A stretch of DNA of 64,000 nucleotides from Fibrobacterales bacterium (GCA_051532035.1 JAOPTW010000019.1:1-64000), one strand, 5' to 3'. Positions 40,558 through 50,452 are shown, counted from the stretch's first letter. Made by a program: numbers and translations. The notes: generated by a model from the sequence alone, not told the origin.

Positions 40558-41264
40558 TCGTTCTCCAACTCTTTCTTCTTTTTATTACGACGTTTTTCTA
40601 AAACCTCTAAATACTGCACCCAATCAGAGACGAAGGTGTAGTCCGCATTCTCTAAGGAGTCATTAACAAGACCCAAATCTTTTAGTGGGGCCAAGCGCAA
40701 TTGCAGTGAGGTAATATCTTTCAACATCTTATCTTTTTGTACTTCTAATTGATGTATCAATTTGGTCTGCTCTGCAATACCTTCTTCTTGAAAGCGTATA
40801 ATAGAGATCAAAGTGAGAAGCCACCCCCCTAAGAGTACCAAGAAAATTGCAGCGACACCTGGCGAAAGTCGCATACCTGTTTTTTTGGAGTATATGATCC
40901 CTGTTTTTTTCAAATTCTTTACAAAACCCGAATTATGATATTCCTGTACAGTCTGATAAATTGAGAAGAGGTTACTCCATTTAGCAAAATAGAGCATCTT
41001 CTTTTCGGGACTCATAAGAATAATGAGATTACCACCACGACCTTTCAAGTTATTAAGAATCTCAAGAAGCATGGGAGCTAAATTTTGAGTACGCACCTCA
41101 CAATGATGCATATCTAATAAAAAGAGTTTGTGCCCATCAATAATGAGAGATTCAATTTTCTCTTGTACACTTTGCACCTGTTCATCAAAAAAGAGCCCTT
41201 CCAATACAATAAGAATTTCATTATTTAAGGTCTCTATAGATATATCGAGCTGCTTTGATTTCAT
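40554..41264 (-). CDS. STAS-like domain + TM + coiled-coil protein
   Basis: ILIVLEG..LIIDG..LLDM..RGGNLIIL STAS pattern, one TM, heptad region. Confidence 0.65.
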   Translation of the reverse strand: MKSKQLDISIETLNNEILIVLEGLFFDEQVQSVQEKIESLIIDGHKLFLLDMHHCEVRTQNLAPMLLEILNNLKGRGGNLIILMSPEKKMLYFAKWSNLFSIYQTVQEYHNSGFVKNLKKTGIIYSKKTGMRLSPGVAAIFLVLLGGWLLTLISIIRFQEEGIAEQTKLIHQLEVQKDKMLKDITSLQLRLAPLKDLGLVNDSLENADYTFVSDWVQYLEVLEKRRNKKKKELENE

Positions 41265-43234
41265 CTCAAAGATTTCCTTGTCTTTTTAATTTTTACCGTA
41301 GAGAGGAATTGTTCACTCTCTTGTCCCTTCATAGAGACAGGCCAAAGCGCAACACAGGTATATCCTTGAAATATTGCATCACCAATATCATTAACTCGAG
41401 TACACATTTTTTTAATAACAATGGTACACTCTTTCACAAAACTCCACTCAAAGATAACGCCACTTTTTTTGTCGAGCACTTCCAATTTTGTAACACTGTT
41501 TTTATCAAAACCATCACTCATCTCTAAACCCAGTTTCTGAACTCGCCCATTAATGCGAATACGCATCTTCTCTTCATTGGTTGTACTCAGAGTAACATTA
41601 AATTCATTTGCAAAGAATCCAGAAAATTGATAAAACGTATTGTTGGTCACTTGGTAATTAACATTCATCTCAGAAAGTTTTTCTTTTACCGATATCACTT
41701 TTTCTATCTTGCACTCATGCTTTGTGCCATCGAGATTAAATTTTTGTCGACCACTCATAATAAGCTTTGTCGATGACTTCTGTTTTTTTAGATTAAAATC
41801 GTAGGAGCCAGCAAGTTGTCCTTGGACCCCCTCTATATATCGAGAAACTCCTTCGTAAGAGAATGAATCCATAGGAATCATCCAATCTCTAAACCCCGAG
41901 ACTGGCTCTACACTAAAACGAAGTTCCGTATCATCAACGACCTTTGACTCTCGATATCCATTGATAATATTAATGGGGCGCGGGCGATATTCGAGGGATC
42001 TCAAACGACCACCCTTCAATGGTTCTAATACAAATCCCATAGTTGCATTGGTACAAACAACCTGCTTAGATCCATTATTTAACAGGTCAGTCTCTTCTAT
42101 TTTGATACCCGATCCCGGATGTATCTCTCTGAGTCGTTCTTCAACCTGTAACAAAATTTCATAACACCGCGCCCTATCTTCTATGAAGGTAATTCCACCG
42201 GTCTGTTTTGAGTTACGGAAATAGAAAACCCCCTGCACCGGCAACATCATCTCTTCAAGGGCATCAATATGAGACTGCTGCTCCAGGCGAGAAATTCTCT
42301 TATGTAAATGCATCATTCGTTTATGAAGATAATTTGCCTCAGGCTGTAACACCAATAGTTCACGACAAGAGGTAAGGTGATTTTCTAGCCCAAGTGAACG
42401 TCCTGCAGTTTCTGGAATTGATATTCCACCCTTTGAATACCCCGAGTCAATGAGTTGAGCAAGAGTCCCCACTTCTACAGGGAGCTCTGCTTCTGATATT
42501 CTTTCAAGCATTGTCTTGAGATGTCCAAGCCACTCATGTTCATATTCACCACGAGCAAGGCCAAAAAATGGGAGATCAACAAGTACAAGCTTATCCTCGG
42601 TATCCTCTAAGTCTGGCACCTCCATTTCACACAGTCTAGATAGCTGATTAACCATCTCATCAACATTACCATCCGCAAAAAGTTGCATAAAGCCATTAAG
42701 CGCAGGCATTACCTTAACTAAATGCCCTCTATCTTCGACACAAAAATAACCGGCCCGATCACTATACCGCCAAAGAGAGCCTTTTAATTGATAATCTTTT
42801 AAGAGTGTATATTCAAAATGGTTTTCTGCAAGAAGCTCAACCATTGAATTTTCCCAAATATATGCTGAAGGGAAAAAACCTCGAGGCCTCACATGCAGAT
42901 TATTTTCAAGAAGGTCAATTAACTTTTTAATTTGAAGTTGCTGAAGTGAGCGTGGCAAAAAAGGAAACACTGGATCATAATACCCGCCACCAAGCCACTC
43001 AATAGTACCACTTTGTGATTCAACAACTAACCGCCTAAAGAGGTCAGTCTTTTTTTGGATCAACCCATTCAAAAAATTCCCACAACTATAGAGGGTAATT
43101 CCTTTCATGCTATTTGAATCGAGCACAGTATACAGCTGTTCTAAAAAAAGTTGTCCATACTCTACCAACTGCTTCTCTTGAAGCAAAGGCATATCATGAA
43201 TATGCAACACTATTGCAAGTTTAACTTTTCTCAT
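41261..43234 (-). CDS. GH57 4-alpha-glucanotransferase-like protein, probably non-catalytic
   Basis: LHIHDMP, EWLGGGYYDP, PEANYLHKRM, C-terminal beta-sandwich (GGRLRSL, IFQG); nucleophile Glu apparently absent. Confidence 0.75.
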   Translation of the reverse strand: MRKVKLAIVLHIHDMPLLQEKQLVEYGQLFLEQLYTVLDSNSMKGITLYSCGNFLNGLIQKKTDLFRRLVVESQSGTIEWLGGGYYDPVFPFLPRSLQQLQIKKLIDLLENNLHVRPRGFFPSAYIWENSMVELLAENHFEYTLLKDYQLKGSLWRYSDRAGYFCVEDRGHLVKVMPALNGFMQLFADGNVDEMVNQLSRLCEMEVPDLEDTEDKLVLVDLPFFGLARGEYEHEWLGHLKTMLERISEAELPVEVGTLAQLIDSGYSKGGISIPETAGRSLGLENHLTSCRELLVLQPEANYLHKRMMHLHKRISRLEQQSHIDALEEMMLPVQGVFYFRNSKQTGGITFIEDRARCYEILLQVEERLREIHPGSGIKIEETDLLNNGSKQVVCTNATMGFVLEPLKGGRLRSLEYRPRPINIINGYRESKVVDDTELRFSVEPVSGFRDWMIPMDSFSYEGVSRYIEGVQGQLAGSYDFNLKKQKSSTKLIMSGRQKFNLDGTKHECKIEKVISVKEKLSEMNVNYQVTNNTFYQFSGFFANEFNVTLSTTNEEKMRIRINGRVQKLGLEMSDGFDKNSVTKLEVLDKKSGVIFEWSFVKECTIVIKKMCTRVNDIGDAIFQGYTCVALWPVSMKGQESEQFLSTVKIKKTRKSLR

Positions 43235-43416
43235 AGAATCATTTTGTAGTACTCTTTATTGTATTATAATAGCATTTAAAAGGCTTAAAAATTGCTCTTT
43301 TTTAGGCACATACTATCTTTTTACAAATATCCTGTCATATAGAAATATTTATCAAACAAGGCTTTTATTGTACTTGACTTCTAAGGATTCTGTATGGCAA
43401 TACGTATAGAGACGTA

Positions 43417-44259
43417 CTATATTTCTCTATTATCAATGAGTCGAGTGGCCCCATAAAAAGCAGCGACAAGAATAACCGCTTTTTCAGTAACCTTTCCTGT
43501 AAGAGGTAAAAGAGTTTCCCGAGAAACAACCTCTACATATTGAATTTCACGACAAGTCGATTTTTCAATCGCTGCAGCTACCACGTCCTTCAATTGGGTC
43601 ACTGTATGTGGCTTCTCTCGTTGCAACTGATATGCCTTGCTCAACCCTTTACTTATCGCGAGCGCACTCATCCGATCTTCTTGAGAGAGATATTCATTAC
43701 GCGAGCTCATTGCAAGGCCTGACTTCTCACGTACTGTAGCCCCAAGTACTATTTTAATTGGATAACTCAAATCAACGACCATTTTTTTTATCAGGTAGGC
43801 CTGTTGATAATCTTTTCTCCCAAAATAAGCCCGATTAGGCTGCACACAATTAAAAAGCTTAGAAACTACTGTTAGGACGCCATCAAAGTGACCATCACGA
43901 TACCCACCACAATAGAGGTGCTGTACCGCCCTATTGGTAACGTACGTTTGATGAGAGTCAGTATAAAACTTTTGATACTCTGGAAAAAAGAGCACAGCAA
44001 CACCACGTATTTTTAATCCTAACGAATCCTCTTTGAATGTTCGAGGATAGGTAGCGAGATCTTCGGTCGGACCAAACTGTAATGGGTTAACAAATATCGA
44101 GACAATAGTCACATCATTTTGCGAAACAGATTTTTCCACAAGCGAGTAGTGGCCACTGTGAAGTGCGCCCATGGTTGGTACAAAGCCTATTGATTGACTT
44201 TTCGTTTTAATCGATGCAACATATCGTGCGAGTGCATCTGCCGAGCGAATTACTTTCAT
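43417..44259 (-). CDS. panC: Pantoate-beta-alanine ligase
   Basis: VPTMGALHSGH, SIFVNPLQF, FGRKDYQQ, GLAMSSRN, RLIDN. Confidence 0.97.
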   Translation of the reverse strand: MKVIRSADALARYVASIKTKSQSIGFVPTMGALHSGHYSLVEKSVSQNDVTIVSIFVNPLQFGPTEDLATYPRTFKEDSLGLKIRGVAVLFFPEYQKFYTDSHQTYVTNRAVQHLYCGGYRDGHFDGVLTVVSKLFNCVQPNRAYFGRKDYQQAYLIKKMVVDLSYPIKIVLGATVREKSGLAMSSRNEYLSQEDRMSALAISKGLSKAYQLQREKPHTVTQLKDVVAAAIEKSTCREIQYVEVVSRETLLPLTGKVTEKAVILVAAFYGATRLIDNREI

Positions 44260-44912
44260 AAATTAAGTGATGTCGGTGAATAATAGGTCGTTCCTTTCGG
44301 AAAGGACTCGATAACATTGAGAAGATCTTTGAGGTCATCTTCTTTTTCAACAAAGTCAATATTATCTGTATTAACAATAAGAACAGGGCATTCAACGACA
44401 TGGAAAAAATAGTGATTGTATGCTTCAATCAATTCCTCAAGATAAGCGCGGTCCATTTTCTGTTCCCAAGTACGACCGCGTTTTTTAATACGGTCAATCA
44501 AGGTATCAACATTCGCCTGAAGGTACACAACAAAGTCTGGCTTCACCACATCTTTTGCAAGTGCATGCGCCACTTTATCATACATGGCAAGTTCATCTCG
44601 TGATAAATTAATTGAGGCAAAAATACGGTCTTTATCAAACACATAATCACCCACAATACAACTACTAAACATATCACGTTGTTCAAAGGTCTCATAAAAC
44701 TGTTTATGACGGGAGAGTAAAAAGAAAAGCTGCACCTGAAATGCATAAGCCTCACGGTTGCTATAAAATTTTCCAAGAAAAGGGTTCTCTTCAACTTCTT
44801 CGTGCATCAACTGTGCACCGAGTCTCTGAGCAATCATATCACTCAATGAACTTTTCCCTACTCCAATAACCCCTTCAATGGCAAGAAACTGTATCTCTTC
44901 TGGTAATGTCAT
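44256..44912 (-). CDS. Deoxynucleoside kinase
   Basis: IEGVIGVGKSS, NPFL..FY, QLFFLLSR, RIKKRGR. Confidence 0.92.
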   Translation of the reverse strand: MTLPEEIQFLAIEGVIGVGKSSLSDMIAQRLGAQLMHEEVEENPFLGKFYSNREAYAFQVQLFFLLSRHKQFYETFEQRDMFSSCIVGDYVFDKDRIFASINLSRDELAMYDKVAHALAKDVVKPDFVVYLQANVDTLIDRIKKRGRTWEQKMDRAYLEELIEAYNHYFFHVVECPVLIVNTDNIDFVEKEDDLKDLLNVIESFPKGTTYYSPTSLNL

Positions 44913-44982
44913 TCTCAGCCTAATTATAGTTCGCTTGTCTGCCCTCGTTTACTGTACAGTTACCGTAAACCAAAACACCCAA

Positions 44983-45486
44983 CTAATATTCATCTACCCG
45001 CACGATAGTTGCATCACTCTCTGTGGTTCGTAATCGATCAAGTAACTGTCGAACACTCACCAGCTCTTGTGGATCAACAACAGTACTGTTAAGATCACAA
45101 AAAGGAATTAAAACAAAAAGTCGTTTGGTTAGTTCTTTATGAGGAATGGTAATATATCCCGTTTGAACTATTTTATTTCCATAATATAGCATATCACAAT
45201 CAATTTCTCTAGCACCCCATCGTCTTCTTTTTTTTCTTCCTACAATAAATTCAACTCCTTTACAAAAATTAAGGAGTGTACCCGGCGTCAAATCTGTATC
45301 AAATGAGATCACCATGTTATAAAATTTTTCTTGATCTTGTGGCCCAACAGGCGCCGTCTCATAAAGAGGGCTCTCTGCGATCTCACTGTGGGCAATCTTT
45401 TTAAACAACTGAATCGCACGCTTTAGGTGAGCACGCCGATCTCCTATATTGCTTCCCAATGACAGGTATATACGTTCTATAGACAT
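44983..45486 (-). CDS. folK: HPPK (folate pathway pyrophosphokinase)
   Basis: LSLGSNIGD, YETAP, RWGAREIDCD, IPH..R.FVLIP. Confidence 0.95.
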   Translation of the reverse strand: MSIERIYLSLGSNIGDRRAHLKRAIQLFKKIAHSEIAESPLYETAPVGPQDQEKFYNMVISFDTDLTPGTLLNFCKGVEFIVGRKKRRRWGAREIDCDMLYYGNKIVQTGYITIPHKELTKRLFVLIPFCDLNSTVVDPQELVSVRQLLDRLRTTESDATIVRVDEY

Positions 45487-45726
45487 TTTAAACTTTTTTA
45501 ACTCTCTATCTCATTATAATTTACAACATATATTTTTTTTGAGCCTTGAGGGCTATCAAAATCACTAGAATTACCACGAAAATAGTATCATAACAGTAAT
45601 TGAGTTTTGGCAAGCCCACCTTCAAAAAAACAGCATGTATACCCAATATTAGCTGTAATCCATTGTATTTTAAAAGATTAGCTCTATGAGTCATTTGTAA
45701 ATATTTGATTTACACAAGGAATCGAG

Positions 45727-45774
45727 TCACAACATATAGTGTTTGATGTTTTTTATTTACACAACATATACTTC
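45727..45774. promoter_or_regulatory. Tandem NrdR boxes
   Basis: TCACAACATATAGTGT (45727-45742) and ACACAACATATACTTC (45759-45774), 32 bp apart, upstream of nrdD. Confidence 0.8.
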
Positions 45775-45833
45775 TTATTACTTTCTGATAACCAAACGAA
45801 AAAAAATACAACCTTATAATAGCCAGGATACAG

Positions 45834-47582
45834 ATGTCAGACATGAAAGAACAAAATATTAAACCCGTTGTTAATGTTGATGCGATTTCGACTATCGACG
45901 AATACCTCGAAAAGCTCGACTGGCGTGTACAAGCGAACGCCAACCAAGGATACTCACTCGGCGGAATGATCCTCAATATTTCAGGAAAACTCATTGCAAA
46001 CTACTGGCTCTCTAGCGTCTATCGTAAAGAAATTGGGGAAGCACATCGCAATGCCGACATGCATATTCACGACCTCGATATGCTTGCAGGATACTGTGCC
46101 GGGTGGTCACTGCGCACACTTCTCAGAGAAGGCTTTAATGGTGTTCCCGGTAAAATTGAGTCAACCCCACCAAAACACCTCTCAGCAGCAATTGGTCAGA
46201 TGGTTAACTTCCTCGGTACTCTGCAAAACGAATGGGCGGGCGCACAAGCATTCTCATCATTTGACACCTATCTTGCTCCATATATTAAAGTCGACAATTT
46301 AAGTTATACAGATGTCAAACAGAATATTCAAGAATTCATCTACAACCTGAATGTCCCTTCACGTTGGGGCACTCAAACCCCCTTTACCAATATAACACTT
46401 GATTGGACTTGCCCTGAAGATCTTAAAGATCAAATCCCTGTCATAGGTGGTAAAGAAGTAAACTTTACCTATGCCGACGTTTCTAAAGAGATGGCAATGA
46501 TTAACCGCGCCTATATGGAAGTGATGATTCAAGGTGATGCTAAAGACAGAATTTTCACATTTCCTATCCCCACCTATAATATCACTCCTGATTTTGACTG
46601 GGATGGCGAAAATACCGAACTTCTTTTTGAGATGACTGCAAAATATGGTCTCCCCTATTTTCAAAACTTTCTCAACTCTGATCTTAACCCCGCCGACGTT
46701 CGCTCCATGTGCTGCCGGCTCCAACTCGACCTCAGAGAGCTCCTCAAAAGAGGGAACGGTCTTTTTGGTTCAGCAGAGCAAACGGGTTCGATTGGTGTAG
46801 TGACCATAAACTGTGCACGCCTCGGACACAACTTTAAAGATGACCAAGAAGGCCTCTTGAATCAGCTCGATAGTCTCCTTGAACTCGCTCGTGAAAGTCT
46901 TGACAAAAAACGCGAAGTAGTGCAACATTACATAGATAATGGGCTCTTCCCCTACACAAAACGGTATCTCGGCACTGTACGTAATCATTTCTCTACAATT
47001 GGTGTCAATGGTATCAATGAGTGTGTCAGAAACTTTTTTAATGACCGAGAAGATATCGCATCACCTGCAGGCAAACACTTTGCAGTAAAACTCCTCGATC
47101 ACATAAGAGAAAAAATGGTTGCCTTTCAAGAAGAGACCGGCAACCTCTACAATCTCGAAGCAACTCCTGGTGAGGGCACAACCTACCGTTTTGCAAAAGA
47201 GGATCAAAAACGATATCCTGAAATTCTTCAGGCAGGTACAAAAGATGCACCATACTACACCAATTCATCACAGCTCCCCGTAGGATACACAGACGACCCA
47301 TTTGAAGCGCTCATGCACCAAGAGGAACTTCAAGGTAAATACACTGGTGGTACTGTGCTCCATCTCTATATGTCTGAGCGTATTTCGGGTATTGAAGCGT
47401 GTAAAGTACTGGTACGCCGAAGCCTCGAGCGATTCAAACTCCCCTACATTACCATTTCTCCGACCTTTTCAATCTGCCCTACTCATGGATACCTCACTGG
47501 TGAATATGAGTATTGTCCCAAATGTGACGAGACGTTAATAGAGAAAAAACTAAAAGAACAAGGGGTTACAGCCTCAGTATAA
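45834..47582 (+). CDS. nrdD: Class III (anaerobic) ribonucleotide reductase, large part without the glycyl-radical segment
   Basis: HIHDLD, GYCAGWS, RSMCCRL, NLEATPGEG, CPTHG..CPKC; no RVxGY motif, no ATP cone. Confidence 0.93.
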   Translation: MSDMKEQNIKPVVNVDAISTIDEYLEKLDWRVQANANQGYSLGGMILNISGKLIANYWLSSVYRKEIGEAHRNADMHIHDLDMLAGYCAGWSLRTLLREGFNGVPGKIESTPPKHLSAAIGQMVNFLGTLQNEWAGAQAFSSFDTYLAPYIKVDNLSYTDVKQNIQEFIYNLNVPSRWGTQTPFTNITLDWTCPEDLKDQIPVIGGKEVNFTYADVSKEMAMINRAYMEVMIQGDAKDRIFTFPIPTYNITPDFDWDGENTELLFEMTAKYGLPYFQNFLNSDLNPADVRSMCCRLQLDLRELLKRGNGLFGSAEQTGSIGVVTINCARLGHNFKDDQEGLLNQLDSLLELARESLDKKREVVQHYIDNGLFPYTKRYLGTVRNHFSTIGVNGINECVRNFFNDREDIASPAGKHFAVKLLDHIREKMVAFQEETGNLYNLEATPGEGTTYRFAKEDQKRYPEILQAGTKDAPYYTNSSQLPVGYTDDPFEALMHQEELQGKYTGGTVLHLYMSERISGIEACKVLVRRSLERFKLPYITISPTFSICPTHGYLTGEYEYCPKCDETLIEKKLKEQGVTASV

Positions 47583-47675
47583 CTTTATCTCCCTACCCTC
47601 AGCAATTCTGAGAGTGGGGTCAACTACTTACACAACTTTAGCCGAGAACAACCAAACAACAAGGAAATAACAGTA

Positions 47676-47861
47676 ATGATCGAAGAACTCAACATCGATA
47701 CCACACAAAGAACAAAATGTGAAATTTGGACCCGCGTAATGGGGTATCACCGCCCAGTCACTGAATTTAACATGGGTAAAAAATCTGAGTATGCAGAGCG
47801 CAATACTTTTATTGAATCAAAAGCAATGGCTGCATGCGCCGCTGAGACTGCAGTTGCCTAA
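47676..47861 (+). CDS. Stand-alone NrdD glycyl-radical segment (61 aa)
   Basis: CEIWTRVMGYHRPV..FN.GK..E...R; own AAGGA RBS. Confidence 0.88.
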   Translation: MIEELNIDTTQRTKCEIWTRVMGYHRPVTEFNMGKKSEYAERNTFIESKAMAACAAETAVA

Positions 47862-48555
47862 CCCCCTATCATTGGTACCGATTGGGGGCATGACCCCCAT
47901 GACGACCATCGACTTTCCTGGCAAACTTTCGGCAGTACTCTACACCAAGGGGTGCCCATGGAAATGCCACTACTGCTACAACACCGAGCTTCTCGATTAC
48001 CATTCAGATAATACTCTTGATTCTAAACGACTAGAGATATTTTTAAATGAACGAAAAAACTTGCTCGATGCCATTGTCATTTGTGGGGGCGAACCCACAT
48101 CTCACACAAAGCTGCCTGAATTTATAGACACCATTCGCTCTTACGGATATCTCATTGGCCTCCATACCAATGGCGTATTCCCCAAAGTTCTATCACAGGT
48201 TATTGACCAATGTGACTGGATCGCAATGGATATTAAAGCACCGCTTGACCAGTATGACTCTATCACTGGCGTCCCCAATAGTGCCAAAAACATCGAAGAA
48301 AGTATTGATATTATTATTAAAAGTGGTGTTGCCCACGAATTTCGCACTACGGTTCATAGTCACTTACTCGATACTAAAGCCTTGTTACACAAGGGCCGCT
48401 TTCTCTCTGACAAAGGTGCCCAAGTATATGCACTCCAAAACTTTCAAAACATGCCCGCGCTGAATCCCGAGCTCAATGAAAAGCCTCATCGGGCCATTTC
48501 TCAGGCAGTGATCGATGAAATTAGACCACTTTTCCGTGAATTAATCATCCGATAA
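47854..48555 (+). CDS. nrdG: Anaerobic RNR-activating radical SAM protein
   Basis: IGG..TTIDFPG, GCPWKCHYCYN, GGEPT, EFRTT; start uncertain (TTG at 47854 or 47872). Confidence 0.92.
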   Translation: MPNPLSLVPIGGMTPMTTIDFPGKLSAVLYTKGCPWKCHYCYNTELLDYHSDNTLDSKRLEIFLNERKNLLDAIVICGGEPTSHTKLPEFIDTIRSYGYLIGLHTNGVFPKVLSQVIDQCDWIAMDIKAPLDQYDSITGVPNSAKNIEESIDIIIKSGVAHEFRTTVHSHLLDTKALLHKGRFLSDKGAQVYALQNFQNMPALNPELNEKPHRAISQAVIDEIRPLFRELIIR

Positions 48556-48664
48556 CCTCCAAAAACATCAATAAACAACATCTGAACGTGATTGTAGTCA
48601 CAAATCACAGAGAGATACTCATTCAATAAAAGCACTTCTCTGAGTTTTTAGGTATATTAAACCT

Positions 48665-49021
48665 ATGAATATTAACGGTATAGCATCAGCAGTTTCAGGG
48701 TTAAAAGCATCATCTACTCGTATGAATGTGAGCGGCCATAACATTGCCAATGTCAATACTGATGATTTCAAAGCGCAAGTAGTCAATCAGCATGATGATA
48801 ATGGCATCGTCGATACAACCATCAGTCGAGACACTTCTGAAGGGCCAATAATCCAGAGAACTTCGAAAGAGGGGACTCAAGAGAGTGTTGAGATGAGCAA
48901 TGTTGACCTATCTAAAGAGGCAGCCAACCAAATTTTAGCGAGTAGCAACTACAAAGCCAATGTGAAGACTATTCAAACTCAGGATGAAATATTGGGTACG
49001 ATTATTGATCTTACAAAATAA
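48665..49021 (+). CDS. Short orphan flagellar rod/hook-family protein (FlgC-like)
   Basis: AVSGL..HNIANVNT and MSNVDL..YKANVKTIQT..GTIID termini only. Confidence 0.8.
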   Translation: MNINGIASAVSGLKASSTRMNVSGHNIANVNTDDFKAQVVNQHDDNGIVDTTISRDTSEGPIIQRTSKEGTQESVEMSNVDLSKEAANQILASSNYKANVKTIQTQDEILGTIIDLTK

Positions 49022-49059
49022 AACGCAACCCTATTTTTTAGGGTTGCGTTTTATTTTGT
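49013..49059. terminator. Bidirectional terminator between convergent genes
   Basis: Perfect 21-bp inverted repeat ACAAAATAAAACGCAACCCTA-N5-TAGGGTTGCGTTTTATTTTGT. Confidence 0.9.
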
Positions 49060-49075
49060 TGTACTATCTCTATAG

Positions 49076-50452
49076 TTACAGTCCGTGAACCTCACGAATA
49101 ATACCGCGAATGAGTCTCCCACCATCAGTGAGATCACCATCACTCCATCCTCCATTTTCACCAGCATGAGGCTTCAGTAAAGAGTTTGGCTCATCCTTCG
49201 CAGAAATAGCCCAAGTCGTCCAACTCACCCCGCGCTCTTTCATCCAGGTAACCCAGGTACGTGTAGACTCTTCATCTGTCCATTGTTTATTCCCTGGGTC
49301 AGCAGTTCCCCACTCAGAAGCAAACACAGGATACCCACCATCAATTCCCGCTTGAGCCTTCTCTCTATATCCCTCTTTGTGTTCTGCAGCATAAAAATGC
49401 ATACTCAATGAAACATTATCATTAGGGTCAGACATTCTACCTTCATTAAAACTTGCAGCAGCTGCCCCCGGAGTCGAAGACCAGTCGCCAGACCCAACTA
49501 TAATATGGTTTTTAGTATCATACTGTCTAATATCCTTAATGATTCCATCCATAAACTGTTCACATCTTCCCCAATCATAATTGTTATCCTGAGACTCTCC
49601 CGAGCCTGACTGGGTAGGCTCATTAAATATTTCGTATACAATATTAGGATGCGATCCATAAGTTTGTGCAATCTCTGTTAAAAATGCACGCGCCTGTTCT
49701 GTATGATTATACGCTCTATGATCATGCCAATCAACGATAACATAGATACCGGCTTCAATTGCTGCATCAATAACTTCAATTACTTTATCTTTGAGCGATG
49801 GATTTTGCAAATAGCCATCGCCATTTTCTGTATGGTCAATTCCTAAAGGAGCTCTAATAATATCGATTTTCCAGTCATCGGCAAGCCATTGAACCACACC
49901 TCTGTTAAAAAACTGCCCTTGCCAATTTGTCCAAAAAAGGCTGACACCAATAAGTTGAGTATTTACTCCATGTTCATCAACAAGAACCGTCCCGTCCCTC
50001 GTCAAAAAGCCATGGAGTGCAACGGGACTCCCTTCAGGTGCACCATATTTTTCAGAAAATGATACTTCAGCCAAAGAAGAGCTTAATTCTTCAGCTGACG
50101 AACTCACTTCCTCAAGTGAAGAGCTCAGAAGCTCTTCTGAACTCAAGACATCAGAAGAAGATGATACTACAACATCATCAATTGACTCATCCTCAGAAGA
50201 ATACTCTTCCGGTTCACTACTGTCTAACTCTTCAACAAGTGAACTCGAAGGGAACACTTCGGAGGAGCTCTCTACTTGTTCAGGTAGAGTACCATCATCA
50301 CTTGACTCAACCCAAGAAGACATTTCTTCGTGAGATGATGATTCAGAAGTATCTCCAATATCGCTACTCCCTCCATCATTAGCCGTACTCACCGAACTAT
50401 TACACCCAACTAAATAAAGTGAAACCAATAACAATACGATATTTTTCTTCAT
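49076..50452 (-). CDS. GH5 endoglucanase lipoprotein with Ser/Glu-rich linker
   Basis: Lipobox LVGC, SSS-rich linker, VIVDWH, EIFNEP acid/base, HFYA, ASEWG nucleophile. Confidence 0.92.
   Translation of the reverse strand: MKKNIVLLLVSLYLVGCNSSVSTANDGGSSDIGDTSESSSHEEMSSWVESSDDGTLPEQVESSSEVFPSSSLVEELDSSEPEEYSSEDESIDDVVVSSSSDVLSSEELLSSSLEEVSSSAEELSSSLAEVSFSEKYGAPEGSPVALHGFLTRDGTVLVDEHGVNTQLIGVSLFWTNWQGQFFNRGVVQWLADDWKIDIIRAPLGIDHTENGDGYLQNPSLKDKVIEVIDAAIEAGIYVIVDWHDHRAYNHTEQARAFLTEIAQTYGSHPNIVYEIFNEPTQSGSGESQDNNYDWGRCEQFMDGIIKDIRQYDTKNHIIVGSGDWSSTPGAAAASFNEGRMSDPNDNVSLSMHFYAAEHKEGYREKAQAGIDGGYPVFASEWGTADPGNKQWTDEESTRTWVTWMKERGVSWTTWAISAKDEPNSLLKPHAGENGGWSDGDLTDGGRLIRGIIREVHGL

Noticed and set aside
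45521..45536. Third NrdR-like box (TTACAACATATATTTT)
   Set aside because: Only one half matches, it is in AT-rich DNA, and it is ~200 bp from the tandem pair
45705..45718. Possible FNR box upstream of nrdD (TTGATTTACACAAG)
   Set aside because: The second half-site and spacing do not match TTGAT-N4-ATCAA
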